Shown: piece by piece, positions 61,201 through 64,000 of the stretch
How positions within the stretch are numbered: position 1 is the first letter of the stretch
Layout of the letters: every line of letters begins with the position of its first letter
Assembly: GCA_963668675.2 (NCBI GenBank)
Contig: CAXXMB010000001.1
Location: 32,001-96,000, forward strand
DNA: 64,000 bases
DNA from: an uncultured Desulfatitalea sp.
Lineage (GTDB): Bacteria > Desulfobacterota > Desulfobacteria > Desulfobacterales > Desulfosarcinaceae
Direction: 5' to 3'
Translations under genes and position numbers: made by a program
The notes under the pieces: generated by a model
The model's input: the letters and a program-made list of their open reading frames with translations, nothing else
Database searches by the model: none
Told to the model about the DNA's origin: nothing

Positions 61201-61997
61201 CCTGGGCCGGCCTGGAAAAGCGCACCGGTTTGTCGCTGCAACACCTGAGCCTGCGCCGTCAGGGCGAGCGATTCAAATTCGATGACTTGACGGCCCAGCC
61301 GCGTAAAATCATCACCTCGCCGATCTGGAGCGGCATCGAATCCGAGGAGCGGCGCTACTCGCCCTTTGTGATCAACATCGAAGAGAAGATCCCTTTCCGG
61401 ACGCTCACGGGTCGGGCCCAGTTCTACCAGGACCACCCCTGGATGCTCGATTTTGGCGAACACATGCCCCTATACCGGCCGCCGATCGATATGCTCAACG
61501 CCGCATCCATCCAAGTGCGCCGCGAGCCGGAGCGAGAGATCGAGCTGAACTACCTGACGCCCCACTCCAAGTGGTCGATCCACAGCACCTATTCGGACAC
61601 CCTGACCATGCTGACCCTGTTTCGCGGTGGCGAAGCGATCTGGATCAACGACGCTGATGCGCTGAAAATAGATATCCGTGACAACGACTGGCTGGAGTGT
61701 TTCAACGGAAATGGGGTGGTGATGGCCAAAGCCGTGGTGAGCCCGCGTATTCCGCCGGGAAAGGCATTTATGTACCATGCCCAGGAGCGCCTGATCAACA
61801 CGCCGGGATCGAAGCTGTCCGGAAAACGCGGCGGCACCCACAACAGCGTCACCCGCATCGTCGTCAAGCCGACCCATATGATCGGCGGCTATGCACAACT
61901 CAGCTATGGGTTTAACTATTACGGCCCCATCGGGTCCCAGCGCGATGAGACGATTATCGTGCGCAAAGCCGGGGAGGTGGACTGGTATGAAGATTAA
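58299..61997 (+). CDS. narG: Respiratory nitrate reductase alpha subunit
   Basis: RSTHGVNCTGSCSW, EPRGCPRG, FYDWYCDLPP, GGGWAHYVGQEK, TPHSKW-x-IHSTY and GYAQLSYGFNYYG. Confidence 0.97.
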   Translation: MSEGSFLSALRFFRPKGGRAGCREEKTDDGWTQTRCGQREWEDLYRRRWQYDKKVRSTHGVNCTGSCSWDVYVKDGILVWETQATDYPACGEGYPNHEPRGCPRGATYSWYTYSPVRLKYPLIRSSLMEIWREALERTNDPVSAWESIVDDEEKRRRFHRERGKGGFVRATWDLAATMIAASLIHTIKKYGPDRIFGFSPIPAMSMVCYASGSRFLSLIGASMISFYDWYCDLPPASPQIWGEQTDVPESADWYESSYFIVWGTNLPMTRTPDAHFYTEARYRGARVAAVAPDYAEYVKFADTWLPAKAGTDAALAMAMTHVIVKEFYVDRQVPYFIDYAKQYTDLPFVVVLEERGDFHAPGRFLRAADLGLETNNAQWKTVVFDAASGDFHVPNGSIGFRWNEEGRWNLKLVEGDLPIDPLLSFGDAADGWREVSFPIFEVARAGSKKGLVPFKTLTSGSTKLRVATVLDLMAAQLGVSLKNSPSVPSDYPTDYTDSKTYTPAWQEAITGVPAADAIRVAREFAENAEKTRGKSMIFLGAGTNHWYHSDMIYRTIINLTTLCGCQGVNGGGWAHYVGQEKVRPQAAWSQVAFGLDWKRPPRLQNGTSFYYFASDQWRYDSLRPETVFSPLAEKKPLQHMADYNVIAARLGWLPSYPQFDRNPIELVREAVANGAESDEQIVAYAVDKLKRGELHFAVEDPDDPANFPRVLFLWRANLLGASGKGHEYFLKHLLGVDSAVLSTDSDLRPEEIKWREPAPEGKLDLLVTLELRMSTSAMYADIALPAAGWYEMHDLNTTDMHPFIHPFNPAIDPPWETRTNWEQFKTIAEKFSQMAVEHLGPVKDLVATPLMHDSPGEIAQPDVRDWRKGEGEPQPGRTMPNLTVVTRDYPAVHRMMTALGPLAASVGVGSKGVMWPAQDEVEALKTALGTVTEAGASQGMPTMHTAKQVAETILMLAPETNGETAVKAWAGLEKRTGLSLQHLSLRRQGERFKFDDLTAQPRKIITSPIWSGIESEERRYSPFVINIEEKIPFRTLTGRAQFYQDHPWMLDFGEHMPLYRPPIDMLNAASIQVRREPEREIELNYLTPHSKWSIHSTYSDTLTMLTLFRGGEAIWINDADALKIDIRDNDWLECFNGNGVVMAKAVVSPRIPPGKAFMYHAQERLINTPGSKLSGKRGGTHNSVTRIVVKPTHMIGGYAQLSYGFNYYGPIGSQRDETIIVRKAGEVDWYED

Positions 61998-63411
61998 AGC
62001 CCAATACGCCATGGTGTTGAACCTGGACAAGTGTATCGGCTGTCACACCTGCAGCATCCCGTGCAAGAATGTGTGGACCAACCGCGACGGCGCCGAATAC
62101 ATATGGTTCAACAATGTCGAATGCAAGCCCGGAATCGGTTATCCCAGAAAATGGGAAAATCAGGAGCATCACAAAGGCGGCTGGCAGCTCAATGGCAGCA
62201 CATTGCAACTGAAGGCCGGGGGCCGCGTTCACAAAGGTCTGAATATTTTTCACAATCCCGACCTGCCGGTCATCGATGACTACTACGAACCGTGGAATTA
62301 CGACTATGCACGGCTGATCGAGAGCCCCAAGCGCAAACACCAGCCATCCGTGCGTCCCCATTCGCGTCTGACCGGTAAGCCGATAAAACTCAAGTGGGGT
62401 CCCAACTGGGAGGACGATCTGGCCGGCCTGGGCGAAACCGGTGCCGGAGACACCAATTTTAAAAATTTGGAGTTGGAGACGTACCTGCAGTTTCGCAATG
62501 TTTTCATGTTCTGGCTGCCGCGCCTTTGCGAACACTGCCTCAACCCGGCCTGCGTGGCTTCCTGCCCGTCCGGCGCCCTTTACAAACGCGAAGAGGACGG
62601 CATCGTATTGGTGGACCAGGAGCGCTGCCGTGGCTGGCGCTACTGCGTATCGGGCTGCCCTTACAAGAAAGTCTACTTCAACTGGAAGACCGGGCGGGCG
62701 GAAAAGTGCATTTTCTGCTATCCGCGTATCGAAGCCGGCCTGACCACGCTGTGCGCCCACAGCTGCGTTGGCCGTATCCGCTACGTGGGTGTCCTGCTTT
62801 ACGATACGGATCGCATCGCCGAGGCAGCGTCGGCACCGTCGGAACAGGCCGTTTACCCGGCCCACCTGGACATCCTGCTCGACCCCAATGATCCCGATAT
62901 CGAGCGCACCGCCGCGGCCCAGGGGATTGCGCCGAATATGCTGGCCGCCGCCAAACGGTCCCCGGTCTATGCGTTGATCAAAGAGTGGCGCCTGGCGCTG
63001 CCGCTGCATCCCGAATTCCGGACCTTGCCCATGGTGTGGTATGTGCCGCCGCTGAGTCCTGTCAGCAGCCAGGCGGATCCTTCCCAGGAGTCGGAAATGA
63101 TCGATCGCCTGCGCATTCCCATCACCTACTTGGCCAACCTGCTCACCGCCGGTGACGAGGCGCCCGTCAGGATGGCCCTCAAACGCCTTTCGGCCGTTCG
63201 CCAGTATATGCGGACTCAGCGCGTGGAAAAACGGTCCGACACGGAGTTACTCAATGCGGTAGGACTTGACGAGGGAACGGTCGATAGGATGTACCGCCTG
63301 CTGGCCTTGGCGCGTCTGGAGGATCGATTCGTTTTGCCCACCAAGCCCGTCGTCGGGGGTGAAGACAGTTACGCCTGCCAAGGCCGCTGTGGTTTTGGTG
63401 ATGCCGTTTGA
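61987..63411 (+). CDS. narH: Respiratory nitrate reductase beta subunit
   Basis: NLDKCIGCHTC, PRLCEHCLNPACVASCP, CRGWRYCVSGCP, KCIFCYP and PLHPEFRTLPM. Confidence 0.97.
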   Translation: MKIKAQYAMVLNLDKCIGCHTCSIPCKNVWTNRDGAEYIWFNNVECKPGIGYPRKWENQEHHKGGWQLNGSTLQLKAGGRVHKGLNIFHNPDLPVIDDYYEPWNYDYARLIESPKRKHQPSVRPHSRLTGKPIKLKWGPNWEDDLAGLGETGAGDTNFKNLELETYLQFRNVFMFWLPRLCEHCLNPACVASCPSGALYKREEDGIVLVDQERCRGWRYCVSGCPYKKVYFNWKTGRAEKCIFCYPRIEAGLTTLCAHSCVGRIRYVGVLLYDTDRIAEAASAPSEQAVYPAHLDILLDPNDPDIERTAAAQGIAPNMLAAAKRSPVYALIKEWRLALPLHPEFRTLPMVWYVPPLSPVSSQADPSQESEMIDRLRIPITYLANLLTAGDEAPVRMALKRLSAVRQYMRTQRVEKRSDTELLNAVGLDEGTVDRMYRLLALARLEDRFVLPTKPVVGGEDSYACQGRCGFGDAV

Positions 63412-63437
63412 CCGGAGACGCAAAGAAAGGCCGGAAG

Positions 63438-63998
63438 ATGATCAATAGCAAAAACGATTCTCTGCAAGTGCTGGCTGTGTTGTTGAGCTACCCCGATGAC
63501 GACCTGCTGAACCGCTTGGATGAGATTGCGTCTACCGTTGACCGTTCCCATTCAGCGGAAATCAATTCAGCCATCCAGGCGTATATCAACTATCTTAAAA
63601 CACATGCCCCGATTCACGTTCAGGAAAGATATACGGCCATATTCGACATGAATCCCGCTACGACCATGAACATGACTTACCACGCTTATGGCGACAACGA
63701 AAAGCGGGCCGCTGCGCTGGCGCACCTGCAGCATAACTACGAGCAAGCCGGGTGGGATCGTATCACCGGCGAGTTGCCGGATTATCTGCCCATGATGTTG
63801 GAGTTTCTCTCGATCTGTCCGGATCCGAAGCATACCGCACCGGTCTGGCAGTGCCTTAGCGGCATGCAGCCGCTGGTTGAACGTCTGGAGAAAAGCGAAG
63901 CGATCTATGCGGCCTTGTTACAACCGATCGTCAATATGGCCGCCCAACGCCGCGCATCGGTCGGCAACGGCGACCATCGACAAGAAGCAAACGAGTAG
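63438..63998 (+). CDS. narJ: Nitrate reductase molybdenum-cofactor assembly chaperone
   Basis: LLSYP, QERYT-x-x-FD and ELPDYLP-x-x-LEFL. Directly follows narH. Confidence 0.92.
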   Translation: MINSKNDSLQVLAVLLSYPDDDLLNRLDEIASTVDRSHSAEINSAIQAYINYLKTHAPIHVQERYTAIFDMNPATTMNMTYHAYGDNEKRAAALAHLQHNYEQAGWDRITGELPDYLPMMLEFLSICPDPKHTAPVWQCLSGMQPLVERLEKSEAIYAALLQPIVNMAAQRRASVGNGDHRQEANE

Positions 63999-64000
63999 CC

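Noticed and set aside
58299..61997. Periplasmic Nar, Nxr or perchlorate reductase
   Set aside because: No twin-arginine signal, and the sequence and narGHJ order fit cytoplasm-facing NarG.

Overview
Bacterial chromosomal window, most likely a sulfate-reducing deltaproteobacterium (Desulfobacterales-like). That assignment is inferred from gene content and repeat types and is not verified. Bases 1-7.7 kb are core-like: a histone-deacetylase-family gene (partial), a hydantoinase/oxoprolinase, hisS, aspS, an outer-membrane protein and tRNA-Asn(GTT). Everything downstream of the tRNA looks accessory. Three degenerate copies of the tRNA-Asn 3' end (about 9414, 15139 and 17408), each followed by a hairpin, divide the next 10 kb into integrase-free modules: an AbiE-like gene pair; an FAD oxidoreductase with a rimK/protease/desuccinylase set; and an acyl-CoA ligase. 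Further downstream are an acyl-CoA ligase with a Liv-type ABC transporter, IS remnants and MITE-like repeats, a sigma54-controlled gdhA/PPDK-like/two-component cluster, and a transhydrogenase whose beta subunit has two NADP(H)-domain copies that both lack the KRS motif. The last 20 kb is a nitrosative-stress/nitrate-respiration island: an NnrR-like regulator with two matching boxes, qNor, ABC efflux, adenylate cyclase, hcp, a flavodiiron protein and narGHJ. All calls come from motif recognition by eye; no database searches were run.
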